Positions 8,899-19,049 are shown, numbered from the stretch's first letter. The stretch: DNA of 64,000 nt from Candidatus Yanofskybacteria bacterium RIFCSPHIGHO2_01_FULL_44_24 (GCA_001794215.1 MGJK01000012.1:4834-68833); one strand, 5' to 3'. Notes: a model not told the origin generated them from the sequence alone. Translations and numbers: made by a program.

Positions 8899-9468
8899 AT
8901 GGTAATCGAACTATTCGGTCTGCCGGGGGCGGGCAAAACAACTTTTGCTAAACAGTTAGAAGCTGACGGCTTTACCGTGGTTAAGATAAGGACCAAGAAA
9001 GAGCTTCTTTATTTTAATTTTGTCCATTTAGTCCGTCATCCGATCAGTTCGCTGATGAACGCCATCTTCATTTTAAAAAATTCACCTAATCCCGGACTGC
9101 GCTATTATAAATTCATGAATTTTTTCTTAGATATGAATGCCCGCTACGAAAAAGCTCGATTGTACGGCAAGGCAGTTTTGGATCAGGGATATTTTCAGAA
9201 TGTCTTATCGGTATTTGAGAATCCGATGAGTGCCGAGATTATGAAGAGGTATATAAAGCATCTTCCTAAGCCGGACAAGCTGATCGTTTTAGACATCTTA
9301 GCCGAGGAGAGTTTAAAAAGAGCGGGGGAAAGGGGATATTACTCGCGCGAAAGATTTGGTGATGAATATGTCGAGAATTGGAGAAAAGTAGTTTTGCAGA
9401 ATTATGATTTGTTCAAGAAAGTCGTAGGGGATTTGGGGGTAGAATATGAAATCGTGAGTAATAATTGA
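8899..9468 (+). CDS. P-loop nucleoside/nucleotide kinase-like protein (dNK/dTMP-kinase-like fold)
   Basis: Walker A LFGLPGAGKTTFAKQL at the N-terminus. Downstream PKPDKLIVLDILAEESLKRAGERGYYSRE resembles the PD-hhhLD...R..RGR..E lid of the deoxynucleoside kinase family. Confidence 0.55.
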   Translation: MVIELFGLPGAGKTTFAKQLEADGFTVVKIRTKKELLYFNFVHLVRHPISSLMNAIFILKNSPNPGLRYYKFMNFFLDMNARYEKARLYGKAVLDQGYFQNVLSVFENPMSAEIMKRYIKHLPKPDKLIVLDILAEESLKRAGERGYYSRERFGDEYVENWRKVVLQNYDLFKKVVGDLGVEYEIVSNN

Positions 9469-9602
9469 AAATTCAAAAATAAAAATGCAAAATTATCGAA
9501 GCTCATTTAGCAACAAAATGAGCAATCCAAATTTTAAACTTTTTAATCAATTTTCAATGATAATAATTCTAAAATTTAAAATTCTAAATTAAAAATTTTG
9601 TA
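9469..9602 (+). repeat. AT-rich intergenic element with central hairpin (family copy D)
   Basis: gaaaattcaaaaataaaaatgcaaaattatcg + hairpin gctcattt agcaacaa aatgagc + T-rich arm ...aattttaaactttttaat... ending at the ATG of the next gene. Same architecture as the copies at 37157 and 38225. Confidence 0.6.
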
Positions 9603-11885
9603 ATGAAGCTTGTCTATATCACCAACGCCAAAATACCTTCAGAAAAGGCTCGTAGTTTGCAGATTATGAAATCATGCGAAGCTTTTGCCACGCAGAACGA
9701 GGCCAATATGCGAATGAATGCCGATGATGCGGATAGGGGTCAAAAAGTTGAAGTCGAGCTTGTTTTACCAAGGCGGGTAAATGCGCCGAAGGATGACCCT
9801 TTTAATTTTTACAGCGTAAAAAGGATTTTCGGGATAAAAAAGATTTTTAATTTCGATCTGTTCGGTCTTTCTTTCGTACCAAGAAAATTTGCATTTTATG
9901 TCCAATCGCTGAGCTTCGGTCTTTTCGGAGCGGTCTACCTGTCGATTTTTTACGGTAATAAAACAGTTTTTTACTCCCGTGATTTCGCCACGCTTTTCTT
10001 TCTGTGTTTGTTCGGGTTCGATCCTATTGCGGAAGTTCACGACTATCGTTCGTCAAAGTTCCGATGGGATGTGAAATATGTTTTAAAAAATTCGAGAAAA
10101 GTTATTGTTAATTCGGAAGGAACGCTCGAGCAACTAAGAAAGCATTATGAACTTGATGCGTCGAGAGTCTTAGTTGCACCCAACGGGGTTGATTTAGAAT
10201 TCTTCAGTATTAAAGAGTCGCAAGATGAGGCGAGGAGAATTTTGAATATTCCGCAAAACAAGAAAGTCGTTGCCTACATAGGCCGTCTCGAAACTGTTGG
10301 TCAGGACAAGGGCGTCGGTACTCTGCTGGAGGCCTTTAATATACTAAATACAAAATACGATATACCAAATACACATCTTCTCATTGTCGGCGGTCCATAC
10401 CATTTAGTTGAAAAATACAAAGCAGAGGTTAGGAATCAGCATAATATTACCTTCACCGGCCAGGTAGAGTATCAGAAGGTTCCTCTGTACCTAAGAGCGG
10501 TTGATGCGGTTGCGATCCCTTTACCGAAAAATCAGCACGCAATTACAACTTCGCCGATTAAACTTTTTGAATATATGGCCGCCGGAAAAGCTATCGTTGC
10601 TTCGGACTTGCTCTCGATAAGACAATATTTGAATTCGGAAAATGCGGTATTCTTTGATGCGGAAAATTCCGAAGATTTAGCCGGAAAACTCAAGGCCGTT
10701 TTAGGTGACGGTATATTACGCAATAAAATCTCTAAAAATGCGTTACAGGATGCCACCCGATACTCTTGGATTTCTCGTGCTCAGAAAATTATTAATTTCG
10801 CTGTCAGTAAAACTTCAGTACATACACTCAAGGCCGTTCTCTATTTCGGCGATTTTGATCCCAATTATGCCCGCAATAGCGTGATCATTAAAGGACTTCA
10901 GAAGAATGGCGTAGAAGTTTTATTGTGCAATGACCGGACGAAGGGATTCAAAAAATACGTGAATTTGGTCAAAAAATTCATAGATTTGGATAAGCGATTC
11001 AACTTAGTTATCGTCGGTTACTCTGATTCCCGCTTCATGGTTCCCCTAATTAATATTTTGACCCGGAAGAAGGTAGTTTGGGATGCCTTCTACTCTATCT
11101 ACGATAACTGGATTTTCGATAGAAAGTTGGCCGCACCTAATAGTATGAAGGCGAGTTATTATTGGACGATGGACTGGTTTTCTTGTTGGCTTTCCGATCT
11201 CGTCTTATTAGATACGCAGGCCAACGCCGATTATTTCATTAGAACTTTTAATATGTCCCGCGATAAAGTAAGGCGCGTTTTTATCGGCGCAGACGACGAA
11301 GCATTATATCCAAAAAAGAAAACAATATCAGACAAGTTCATCGTAGAATTTCATGGTAACTATATTCCCGTTCACGGCTTAGAGTATATTATAAAAGCTG
11401 CTAAAATATTAGAAAAACATCAGGATATTATGTTCTATGTCATTGGTGGAGGACAAGAGCACGGTAAAATAAAGAAATTAGCCGAGGATTTACGAGTTTC
11501 CAATATAACTTTCATGGATAAAATGCCTCAGTACATGATCTCTGAGTATATAAAGGAGGCTGATGTTTGTTTGGGTCTTTTAGGAAATTTGGATCGCGGA
11601 GGCAGGGCAATCCCAAATAAGGTCTACGAGGCTTCGGCGATGGAAAGAGCAAGTCTGAATATGGATGGTCCGGCTATTCACGAGTTATATACCGATCGGG
11701 AAAATATACTTTTGTGTCATGGCGGAGATTCTCAGGATATAGCTGATAAAATCTTAGAATTGAAAAATAATCCTCAGCTGAAGGATCGCATAGCTAAAAA
11801 TGCCTACCAGTTATATTTGGCCAATGGAACCCCGAAGACAATAGGGGATCACTTGATTAAGCTGATCGGCCGATTATTATTTTAG
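9603..11885 (+). CDS. two-domain glycosyltransferase (tandem GT-B modules)
   Basis: 760 aa. First module shows GT4-like features (IGRLETVGQDKGVGTLLEAF...FEYMAAGKAIVASD). A second GT-B-like module follows (FHGNYIPVHGLEYIIKAAKILEKHQDIMFYVIGGGQEHGK). Confidence 0.7.
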   Translation: MKLVYITNAKIPSEKARSLQIMKSCEAFATQNEANMRMNADDADRGQKVEVELVLPRRVNAPKDDPFNFYSVKRIFGIKKIFNFDLFGLSFVPRKFAFYVQSLSFGLFGAVYLSIFYGNKTVFYSRDFATLFFLCLFGFDPIAEVHDYRSSKFRWDVKYVLKNSRKVIVNSEGTLEQLRKHYELDASRVLVAPNGVDLEFFSIKESQDEARRILNIPQNKKVVAYIGRLETVGQDKGVGTLLEAFNILNTKYDIPNTHLLIVGGPYHLVEKYKAEVRNQHNITFTGQVEYQKVPLYLRAVDAVAIPLPKNQHAITTSPIKLFEYMAAGKAIVASDLLSIRQYLNSENAVFFDAENSEDLAGKLKAVLGDGILRNKISKNALQDATRYSWISRAQKIINFAVSKTSVHTLKAVLYFGDFDPNYARNSVIIKGLQKNGVEVLLCNDRTKGFKKYVNLVKKFIDLDKRFNLVIVGYSDSRFMVPLINILTRKKVVWDAFYSIYDNWIFDRKLAAPNSMKASYYWTMDWFSCWLSDLVLLDTQANADYFIRTFNMSRDKVRRVFIGADDEALYPKKKTISDKFIVEFHGNYIPVHGLEYIIKAAKILEKHQDIMFYVIGGGQEHGKIKKLAEDLRVSNITFMDKMPQYMISEYIKEADVCLGLLGNLDRGGRAIPNKVYEASAMERASLNMDGPAIHELYTDRENILLCHGGDSQDIADKILELKNNPQLKDRIAKNAYQLYLANGTPKTIGDHLIKLIGRLLF

Positions 11886-11919
11886 TTGATTTTCTATTAA
11901 TTTTTTTTATACTTTCTAT

Positions 11920-12621
11920 ATGTTTGTACGCAAAAATAACTGCCGTATTTGCGGAAGCTCTGATCTTGTGAGCGTACTCAATTTAGGCGATCAGCCACCG
12001 GCGAATGCTTTTCTAAAAAGAGAAGACTTTAAAAGCGAAAAGGCATATCCTCTTAATGTTTACTTTTGTAGCGGATGTAATCTTTTGCAACTAAGAGACA
12101 TAGTTTCCCCGGATATTTTATTTCGGGATTATGTTTATGTTTCTTCAACTTCACGCAGTTTTGTTGAGCATTTTGAATCTTATGCGGCGGATGTAGCTAA
12201 AGACTTTGATGTAAAAAACAAATTAGTTATCGATCTGGGAAGTAATGACGGTGTATTATTGAAGCCCTTTAAATCCTTAGGCGCCAAAGTTCTTGGGATT
12301 GATCCGGCAATCGAAATTGCCCGAAAAGCAACCCAAGAGGGAATTGAGACTTTGCCGGAATTTTTTACACCCGACCTCGCTAAAGACATAGTTGCTAAGA
12401 GGGGTAATGCCAAAATAATAAGCGCGAACAATGTCTTCGCTCACATAGACGACGTTAAGGCTGTCTTAGAGGGAGCTGATATCTTATTATCCGGTGACGG
12501 GGTCTTTGTCGCTGAGTTTCCTTACTTAGTCGACTTTATTAATAAAGGCCTGTTTGATACGGTTTACCACGAACACCTTTCTTATTATGGAGTCAGGCAG
12601 TATTTTCCAATCCCTAAATGA
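11920..12621 (+). pseudogene. NDP-sugar C-methyltransferase, N-terminal fragment (disrupted by IS insertion)
   Basis: Zn-ribbon N-term CRICGSSD...CSGCNLLQL and methyltransferase core (VIDLGSNDGVLL). Colinear with the intact 420-aa paralog at 34476 up to ...YHEHLSYY. The stop codon lies inside the IS terminal inverted repeat. Confidence 0.8.
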
Positions 12622-13961
12622 CACCCAAATATCTTATCATATCTTTGCCGAAATTTGTTTAAAAATCTTTAATCTTTCTTCTTGTAATCTCTTAGCTGAC
12701 TCGAAATGGGTCAGCTTTTTTGGTTCTGTTTCTAGTGATTCTCTAGTTATTCCTGGAACAAGATATTCTTGAAGATTTTTTATGGTTAGTAATTTCTGAC
12801 AGGGAGTAAGATATTCTTTGTATTCTTTTTTAATCTTACCTTTTTCATCAATTTGATCCTCAGAAAAAGCGCAATGCCGATGGAAATTAAGATGAGGATT
12901 CAAATATTTTCTCAGGAACTCATTAATCAATATGGCATGTTTCTTTGGTATGTGCGTATAGCCCATAGTCTTTCTGATGACGGCTCCATTCTTACCTTCC
13001 GCTAAAGCATTGTCATTGCTGTGTCTGGCCCTTGATTTAGTCTGACAGATATTCAGTTTGTTTAGAAGATTAGCCACCACCTTGTTAATATATTCCGATC
13101 CGTTATCGGAATGGAAGTTGATGACTTTAAAAGGAATTAGGCTAAGAAGTTCTTCCAAGACTGGAATTAAATGTTGTTCGGATATTGTTTCTACGCAGCC
13201 GACAAATTCCCATTGGCTTATCTCATCTACGATATTAATGTAGTATACTCCCTTTTCCTTGTCTAAATCACCTTGGTGAACCGAATCTATCCTCAGATAA
13301 CCCGGTTTACCTTGATTATCGGGTTTTCTCCTCTCTCCGATAGGAATAGCCGTTTTCTTGGTTTTAGTGTAAACCAGGACCCGACTGGTATATATCTTCG
13401 TCTTTCTGAGATTGTAGATATGGCTTTTGGATATGTGGCTTAATTTCTCAAACTTATCATCGCCATAAATCTGATACATATCCTCAAGACATTTCTTGAG
13501 AGCATAGCCATTAGGATTTTCAAAGGCTGAAGCCACGTCAGCCAGCAACCTAATATCGGGAACTTCATAAAAGGTCTGAAAGGCATTTTGAGTCCTTTCT
13601 TTTACAAAAACTTGGCCGGTATCTTTCTTCCTTTTGATTAATCGATCAACCTGGCTATCAGAATATCCGCTTACAGATTTAATATATTCTTTGATAACCG
13701 CTTTATTCTTTTTCGTCTCGGAAGAATATCTAAACTTTCCGAGTGTTTGTCCGATCCACTCGTAAGTCTTGGCCTTACCGGCAGTTCTCTTAAATTCAGC
13801 ACATTGCGAAAGTTTTACAAACTCTCTAAGCTGTGCCAGGCTTGTTACTGACTCGTCGTTCATATCCATAGTCATATATCGGCATGATACGACGAGCCAT
13901 TCACTTAAGGGAGCTTTCGGCTCCTTTCTGTGTTGGAATGACCCTTGATTTGGGTGTCATT
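12617..13961 (-). mobile_element. insertion sequence (single DDE transposase ORF) inserted into C-methyltransferase gene
   Basis: Perfect 14-bp terminal inverted repeats AATGACACCCAAAT at 12617-12630 and 13948-13961 (reverse complement). Total 1345 bp with one 412-aa rve-type transposase. No clear target-site duplication is visible. Confidence 0.8.
12637..13875 (-). CDS. DDE-type transposase / integrase-core (rve) family
   Basis: Catalytic triad context RIDSVHQGD ... FHSDNGSEY ... NDNALAEGKN (D, D, E) with an N-terminal HTH-like region. Occupies nearly the whole IS. Confidence 0.8.
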   Translation of the reverse strand: MTMDMNDESVTSLAQLREFVKLSQCAEFKRTAGKAKTYEWIGQTLGKFRYSSETKKNKAVIKEYIKSVSGYSDSQVDRLIKRKKDTGQVFVKERTQNAFQTFYEVPDIRLLADVASAFENPNGYALKKCLEDMYQIYGDDKFEKLSHISKSHIYNLRKTKIYTSRVLVYTKTKKTAIPIGERRKPDNQGKPGYLRIDSVHQGDLDKEKGVYYINIVDEISQWEFVGCVETISEQHLIPVLEELLSLIPFKVINFHSDNGSEYINKVVANLLNKLNICQTKSRARHSNDNALAEGKNGAVIRKTMGYTHIPKKHAILINEFLRKYLNPHLNFHRHCAFSEDQIDEKGKIKKEYKEYLTPCQKLLTIKNLQEYLVPGITRESLETEPKKLTHFESAKRLQEERLKIFKQISAKI

Positions 13962-14532
13962 GTGCGTTGGACAAGACTGGCCCTTGAAAGTGCTATTTGA
14001 TAATTGTAGGATGAGAATGTTTGACGTCCAAAGGGTAAACTCCCATGGCGGTTCGTTGAGGATTTTCGTATGTAGGCAGGATGCCGCTTATCCTACCAGA
14101 TCTTCTGTCGATGAGCTGGATAACCTCGAAAGGAGTCTAAGGCTTGATTCAGTCGAGACGTATATCAATTTCGAAAAAAGAGTTAATGAAAATCGACTTA
14201 AGCTTCAGGGCCTTCTTCGCGGGTTGAAAAAAGATGGCCATAAAATAGCTGCCTACGGAGCGCCTGCCAAGGGGAATACGCTTTTGAATTATATGGAAAT
14301 CGGAACCGACTTGTTGGAATATGTTGTCGACGATAGTCCCTATAAGCAAGGGTTATATACGCCGGGAATGCATATTCCGGTTGTAAGTTCTCAAAGCTTG
14401 GAGAATAATCGACCCGACTATTTGTTTATTTTAGCCTGGAATTTCGCGGAACAAATTATGGTTAAGTGCTCGGATTTTAGAAACAAGGGAGGAAGGTTTA
14501 TATTACCCGTGCCTGAGCCAAAGATTATATGA
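13945..14532 (+). pseudogene. NDP-sugar C-methyltransferase, C-terminal fragment
   Basis: From ~13975 (PLKVLFDNCRMRMFDV...GGSLRIFV) it aligns with LTKLFPYYGMEVFDA...EGSIRVYV of the intact paralog. Carries the C-methyltransferase C-terminal domain (KIAAYGAPAKGNTLL...DYLFILAWNF). The first codons of the ORF overlap the IS inverted repeat. Confidence 0.75.
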
Positions 14533-15599
14533 AACACCCCATCGTACAGGAGGACATAGACGTCATAGTTTCGGCCATAAAAAAAGAGGCAAAACAGCTT
14601 GAAGGGAAAAGGATTTTAATTACCGGAGGAACCGGTTTTTTGGGTAACTACTTTCTCTCGGTCTTTTACGATTTAAATAAAAAAGTGTTAAAAACCCCCT
14701 GCAAAGTTATAGTCATCGATAACTATATTACGGGGGACAAGAAAAATATACTTGGATTAGAAAAGAGTTCTCACTTTAAGTTCATAGAACATGATGTCCG
14801 GGTTCCTATAAAAGTTTCCGGGAATATCGATTATATAATTCATGCTGCCGGGATAGCTTCCCCGGTTTATTATATGAAATATCCTTTGGAGACTATCGAA
14901 GTTGCCACCAAGGGAACGCAAAATATGCTTGAATTGGCCCGCTTGAAAAAGGTTAAGAGCTTTTTGTTTTTCAGTTCAAGCGAGATATATGGTGATCCTC
15001 ACAAGGACCATATACCTACCCCTGAAAGTTACCGAGGCCATGTTTCTTCGACGGGTCCGAGATCTTGCTATGATGAATCAAAAAGACTGGGTGAAACTCT
15101 ATGTATGACCTATAGTAAAATTTATGGTGTACCGGTCAAAATAGTCAGACCGTTTAATGTTTATGGTCCCGGCATGAAGCCTAACGACGATAGGGTTCTG
15201 CCTAAGTTTTTAAGCCATGCATGTATGGGGAAATCACTGCCCATACATGGCAAGGGACTTCAAACCAGAACGTACTGCTACATAACCGATGCCACGGTCG
15301 GATTTTTGAAGGTATTGTTATCGAAGGGAAGCGGAGAGGTGTATAATATAGGGAACAATGAAGGAGAGATTAATCTCGTTGACTTAGCCAATGTTGTCAG
15401 CGGACTTTTTGATAACAAAGTATCGGTAGTCAAAATTGATTATCCCTCTGCCTATCCGGCAGATGAGCCTAATCGAAGATGCCCCAGTATAACTAAAGCA
15501 AAAGCAAATCTTGGATTTGAGCCCCAAATGGAATTAAAAGACGGAGTAAGTCGGCTTTTGCAATGGTATAAAGAAACTTATCCCAATCTCAAGGCTTAA
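14529..15599 (+). CDS. NAD(P)-dependent nucleotide-sugar epimerase/dehydratase (extended SDR; probable NDP-4-keto-6-deoxyhexose reductase/decarboxylase-like)
   Basis: ILITGGTGFLGNY Rossmann motif, YxxxK context (SEIYGD...YDESKRLGE) and overall UXS/RmlB-like length. Confidence 0.75.
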   Translation: MKHPIVQEDIDVIVSAIKKEAKQLEGKRILITGGTGFLGNYFLSVFYDLNKKVLKTPCKVIVIDNYITGDKKNILGLEKSSHFKFIEHDVRVPIKVSGNIDYIIHAAGIASPVYYMKYPLETIEVATKGTQNMLELARLKKVKSFLFFSSSEIYGDPHKDHIPTPESYRGHVSSTGPRSCYDESKRLGETLCMTYSKIYGVPVKIVRPFNVYGPGMKPNDDRVLPKFLSHACMGKSLPIHGKGLQTRTYCYITDATVGFLKVLLSKGSGEVYNIGNNEGEINLVDLANVVSGLFDNKVSVVKIDYPSAYPADEPNRRCPSITKAKANLGFEPQMELKDGVSRLLQWYKETYPNLKA

Positions 15600-15601
15600 A
15601 T

Positions 15602-16456
15602 ATGAAAGTCCTTATTATCGGAGCGGATGGTCAGTTGGGTAGCGATCTCTTAAAAATATTCAAATCTTCCCAAAACGAGGTTGCCGGTCTTTCTCGCGGA
15701 GATGTTGATATTAGTCGATCGGCCGATGCGGAGTCTGCTATAAAAAAAATAAAGCCGCAGATAGTTATAAACTGCGCCGCCATAGTTGATACCGAAAGAA
15801 ACGAGCTCTTTCCCGAAGAGGCTTTTTTGGTCAATTCATTGGGAGCTTTTTACGTCGCAAAAGCCGCTCAGACTATCGGAGCCACCGTCGTTTATATAAG
15901 TACTGACTATGTTTTTGACGGATTAAAGAAATACTTTACGGAAAAAGATACTCCAAACCCACTCAATGTCTATGGCTCTTCCAAGTTAGCCGGTGAATAT
16001 CTTACAAAAATAGCGAATCCTAAAAACTATATAATCAGGACAAGCGCTTTGTTCGGAAAGGGCAAGGGGCCGAAGGGAAATTTCGTTTCAAGGTTATTAG
16101 ATAAGGCAAGGTCAGGAATGGAGATCAAGATGGTTAACGATCAATTCACCTCGCCCACGTACACCGTAGACTTAGCAAAGACTATCCAGAAAATAATTAG
16201 GAAAAAATTACCGTATGGCGTATATCATATAACCAACCAGGGCAGTGCTTCTTGGTACGGATTTGGTAAAGAGATAATAAAGTTAATGAAAATTAATTCT
16301 AAGATTGTAGGGATAAAAACTGACATGTCGTCCAGCGGGATCAAGAGGCCCATGTATAGTGTCCTAATAAATCACAATCTCAATCAAAAGAAAATTAGTC
16401 TACCTTCTTGGCAAAATTCTCTCGCAAGGTACCTCAAAGAGGAGGATCTCATATAG
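15602..16456 (+). CDS. dTDP-4-dehydrorhamnose reductase (RmlD)-like NDP-sugar reductase
   Basis: MKVLIIGADGQLGSDL...VINCAAIVDTE...STDYVFDG is the classical RmlD/RfbD pattern. Confidence 0.75.
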   Translation: MKVLIIGADGQLGSDLLKIFKSSQNEVAGLSRGDVDISRSADAESAIKKIKPQIVINCAAIVDTERNELFPEEAFLVNSLGAFYVAKAAQTIGATVVYISTDYVFDGLKKYFTEKDTPNPLNVYGSSKLAGEYLTKIANPKNYIIRTSALFGKGKGPKGNFVSRLLDKARSGMEIKMVNDQFTSPTYTVDLAKTIQKIIRKKLPYGVYHITNQGSASWYGFGKEIIKLMKINSKIVGIKTDMSSSGIKRPMYSVLINHNLNQKKISLPSWQNSLARYLKEEDLI

Positions 16457-16529
16457 AGTAATCAGGTTGAATAAGGCCATATTTATTGTATAATTAACAG
16501 AGCTTAGCCCTCTCTATGATTTCGATTTT

Positions 16530-17561
16530 ATGAGGATAAATTTTCTATTACCGCATCTTAAACCGGCCGGGGGAGTCAGTGTTTCTCTTACCTTTGGCCA
16601 CAAATTAGCCGAACGAGGCCATGACGTGATTGCTGCAATTGAAAACAGCAGTTTTTTATCGCGTCTTTATAGGAATTTTTTCAACGATCACCCGTTACTA
16701 CCCCGGGGATCAAAGTTGCGATTGAAGATGGTCAGAAGTTTTAAGGATCTTCCCGACGCAGATGTCTGGATGGCTGATTCCTGGAAGTCTGCCAAAAAAT
16801 TATATAACCTGAAAACAAAGGCGGTTAAATTTCAATATATTCAGCATGACGAAAGGATGTATCACGGCGACCCCAAGGTCGTAGAAGAAGTTTTTCGTCT
16901 GCCGCTGATTAAATTTGTAAATGCAACCTGGCTTCAGAGGATGCTGAAAAGAGACTTCAATTACGAGGCCGAAGTCATGTTTAATTCAGTTGATTGCGAT
17001 CTTTTCAATCCAAACAAAAGAGACAGAAGACCGGACGACGGATTGATTAAGATACTATTGCTTCATCATGATTATGGATGGAAGAATTCGAAGGAGGGAG
17101 CCCAGATAGTTATGGAGCTGAAAGAGAAATATCCCAATGTGAGATTGGTTTTATTCGGAACAAGGGCCAAGAATATAGATTTACCGCACGATGAGTACCA
17201 TTTTAATGTCTTTGGAGAGGACTTAGCCCGCCTTTTTGCCAATTCGGATATCTTTCTCGGGGCTTCGATAGATGATAGCCGACCCCTGCCCCATAGATGG
17301 GCGATGGCTTCCGGGTGCGCTTTAGCAACGTATGACAATGTAAGCTCCGATGACTATGCATTTAACGGCGAGAATTCATTAGTGGCCGAAAAGGGGAATC
17401 GGGAGGATTTAAAAAATAAAGTCGAAGAATTGATCCGAGACTCGGAGTTAAGAAGACAAGTTATCCAAAGTGCGCTTGTATTTGTAAGAAAGCTGCCGAC
17501 ATGGGATGAGATGACCGATAAATTAGAGAATATATTTAAAAAAGGACTAAATCAAACATGA
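16530..17561 (+). CDS. glycosyltransferase (GT-B, GT4-like)
   Basis: N-term LLPHLKPAGGVSVSLTFGHKLAERGHDV and C-term GT-B-like region (LVLFGTRAKN...ASGCALATYDN). Confidence 0.55.
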   Translation: MRINFLLPHLKPAGGVSVSLTFGHKLAERGHDVIAAIENSSFLSRLYRNFFNDHPLLPRGSKLRLKMVRSFKDLPDADVWMADSWKSAKKLYNLKTKAVKFQYIQHDERMYHGDPKVVEEVFRLPLIKFVNATWLQRMLKRDFNYEAEVMFNSVDCDLFNPNKRDRRPDDGLIKILLLHHDYGWKNSKEGAQIVMELKEKYPNVRLVLFGTRAKNIDLPHDEYHFNVFGEDLARLFANSDIFLGASIDDSRPLPHRWAMASGCALATYDNVSSDDYAFNGENSLVAEKGNREDLKNKVEELIRDSELRRQVIQSALVFVRKLPTWDEMTDKLENIFKKGLNQT

Positions 17562-18172
17562 TACTGATTACCGGCAGTACTGGCTTCATTGGTTCTCGAC
17601 TGGTCTCATTTCTTTCTCAGAAAGGATACGAGATCAAAGAGGTAAATGAGGAAATAACCGATATCGAAAAATTAAGACCCCATTTTAAGGGCGCAGATTT
17701 TGTTGTGCATTTGGCGGGCAAGAAACCCAACAGTGAAACTGTCGGAAAATCCAACGATACATTTCTGGTTAATGTCTTGGGGACCATGAATGTGGTGAGG
17801 CTGTGCTTAGAAAACAAGTCGAAGCTGATTAATATAAGCTCAAGTGCCACTGAATCGGAGTACGGCATAAGCAAAGTGGTCGCCGAAGAACTGGTCAGAT
17901 CTTATGCCAAGTCTCAGGGCCTAAAGGCAATTACCATACGTCCTGCCGGTATTTATGATGAAAACGATAAAACCGTTCCGTATATAAATAAGAACTATCC
18001 CCTCGGCCATTTAGTCCGTGATATCGAATGGATAATAAAAAATCACAACTTTGATCAGTATAAGGTTTATGAAACCCGAAATTTTCAGCAAAAAATTTAC
18101 TTCATTCGAAGAAAAATCAACGCGGTAAAAAGAAGAGTGAATAAACTATCGTCATGGCTAAGGTTTCAGTAA
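17558..18172 (+). CDS. short NAD-dependent epimerase/dehydratase family protein
   Basis: MILITGSTGFIGSRLVSFL Rossmann motif and ...ISKVVAEELV (YxxxK-like). Only 204 aa, so the C-terminal substrate domain is reduced. Confidence 0.6.
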   Translation: MILITGSTGFIGSRLVSFLSQKGYEIKEVNEEITDIEKLRPHFKGADFVVHLAGKKPNSETVGKSNDTFLVNVLGTMNVVRLCLENKSKLINISSSATESEYGISKVVAEELVRSYAKSQGLKAITIRPAGIYDENDKTVPYINKNYPLGHLVRDIEWIIKNHNFDQYKVYETRNFQQKIYFIRRKINAVKRRVNKLSSWLRFQ

Positions 18173-19035
18173 TTATTCCAACACATAACCGGCCCGAGCC
18201 CCTCTATAAGGCGGTCAGTTCGGTTTTAAACCAGACCTACAAAGACCTCGAAGTAATTGTAGTTGACGGGGGCTTGGATAGAAGGGCAGAGGAGGTCGTT
18301 CGGGACCTTAACGACCCGAGAGTCGCGTATATTAAAAGCGACAAGGATTTAAATGGCAGCGAGGCGCGGAATATAGGCATAAGGAGGGCCGGTGGCGAAT
18401 TTATTGCTCTTCTCGACGATGATGATGAGTGGCTCTCGGAGAAGTTGGACATACAGATGAAAGCATTCGAACATACTCCTCGAGAGGTTGGCTTTTGTTT
18501 TTCGGCGGTTAAAAATGTTTACGACAATAAAATTCAAGACACCAAAGTGCCATCAGGAATCAGGGATTATTTTGAGGTTGTTTTAGCGAGGCTGAAAGGA
18601 TTTCTTAGCGTCACCCTTATTGTTAAAAAATATGTCCTTGAAGATGTCGGTTATTTTGATGAGCGGCTACCAAGTCATCAAGAAACGGAACTGGTGTTGC
18701 GAATTTCCAAGAAGTATAAAGGTTTGGGTATCAATCAGCCCCTTGTCTTAGTCAGCATGCGTAAGGGGTATGAGAAAGTGGGCTTTGATATAAACAAGAG
18801 AATAGTCGGCCGTGAGATTATAATTAATAAATATATGGAAGATTATAAGAAGCGGCCAGTTATTTTTGCCGGGCAGTTATTCAGGCAGGGCTTGCTTCAT
18901 AGGAGCAATGATCAAATGACCAAAGCAAGAGATTATTTTAAAAAGGCTTGGGATACTGATCATAGGCCTCTTTATATCCTGCATTATCTTAGCTTGATAG
19001 GCGGCGGAAGGATTTATCGATGGTTTAGAAAATAA
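18154..19035 (+). CDS. glycosyltransferase family 2
   Basis: VSVIIPTHNRPEPLYKAVSSVLNQTY...VIVVDGG and DDDDEW (DxD region) are typical of GT-A/GT2. Confidence 0.8.
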   Translation: MAKVSVIIPTHNRPEPLYKAVSSVLNQTYKDLEVIVVDGGLDRRAEEVVRDLNDPRVAYIKSDKDLNGSEARNIGIRRAGGEFIALLDDDDEWLSEKLDIQMKAFEHTPREVGFCFSAVKNVYDNKIQDTKVPSGIRDYFEVVLARLKGFLSVTLIVKKYVLEDVGYFDERLPSHQETELVLRISKKYKGLGINQPLVLVSMRKGYEKVGFDINKRIVGREIIINKYMEDYKKRPVIFAGQLFRQGLLHRSNDQMTKARDYFKKAWDTDHRPLYILHYLSLIGGGRIYRWFRK

Positions 19036-19049
19036 CTGAATACAATTAC

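Noticed and set aside
12583-14000. Target-site duplication flanking the IS element
   Set aside because: Sequences immediately outside the 14-bp inverted repeats (cccta | tgtgcg) are not direct repeats. Only a vague tattt similarity exists further out, so no TSD is claimed.
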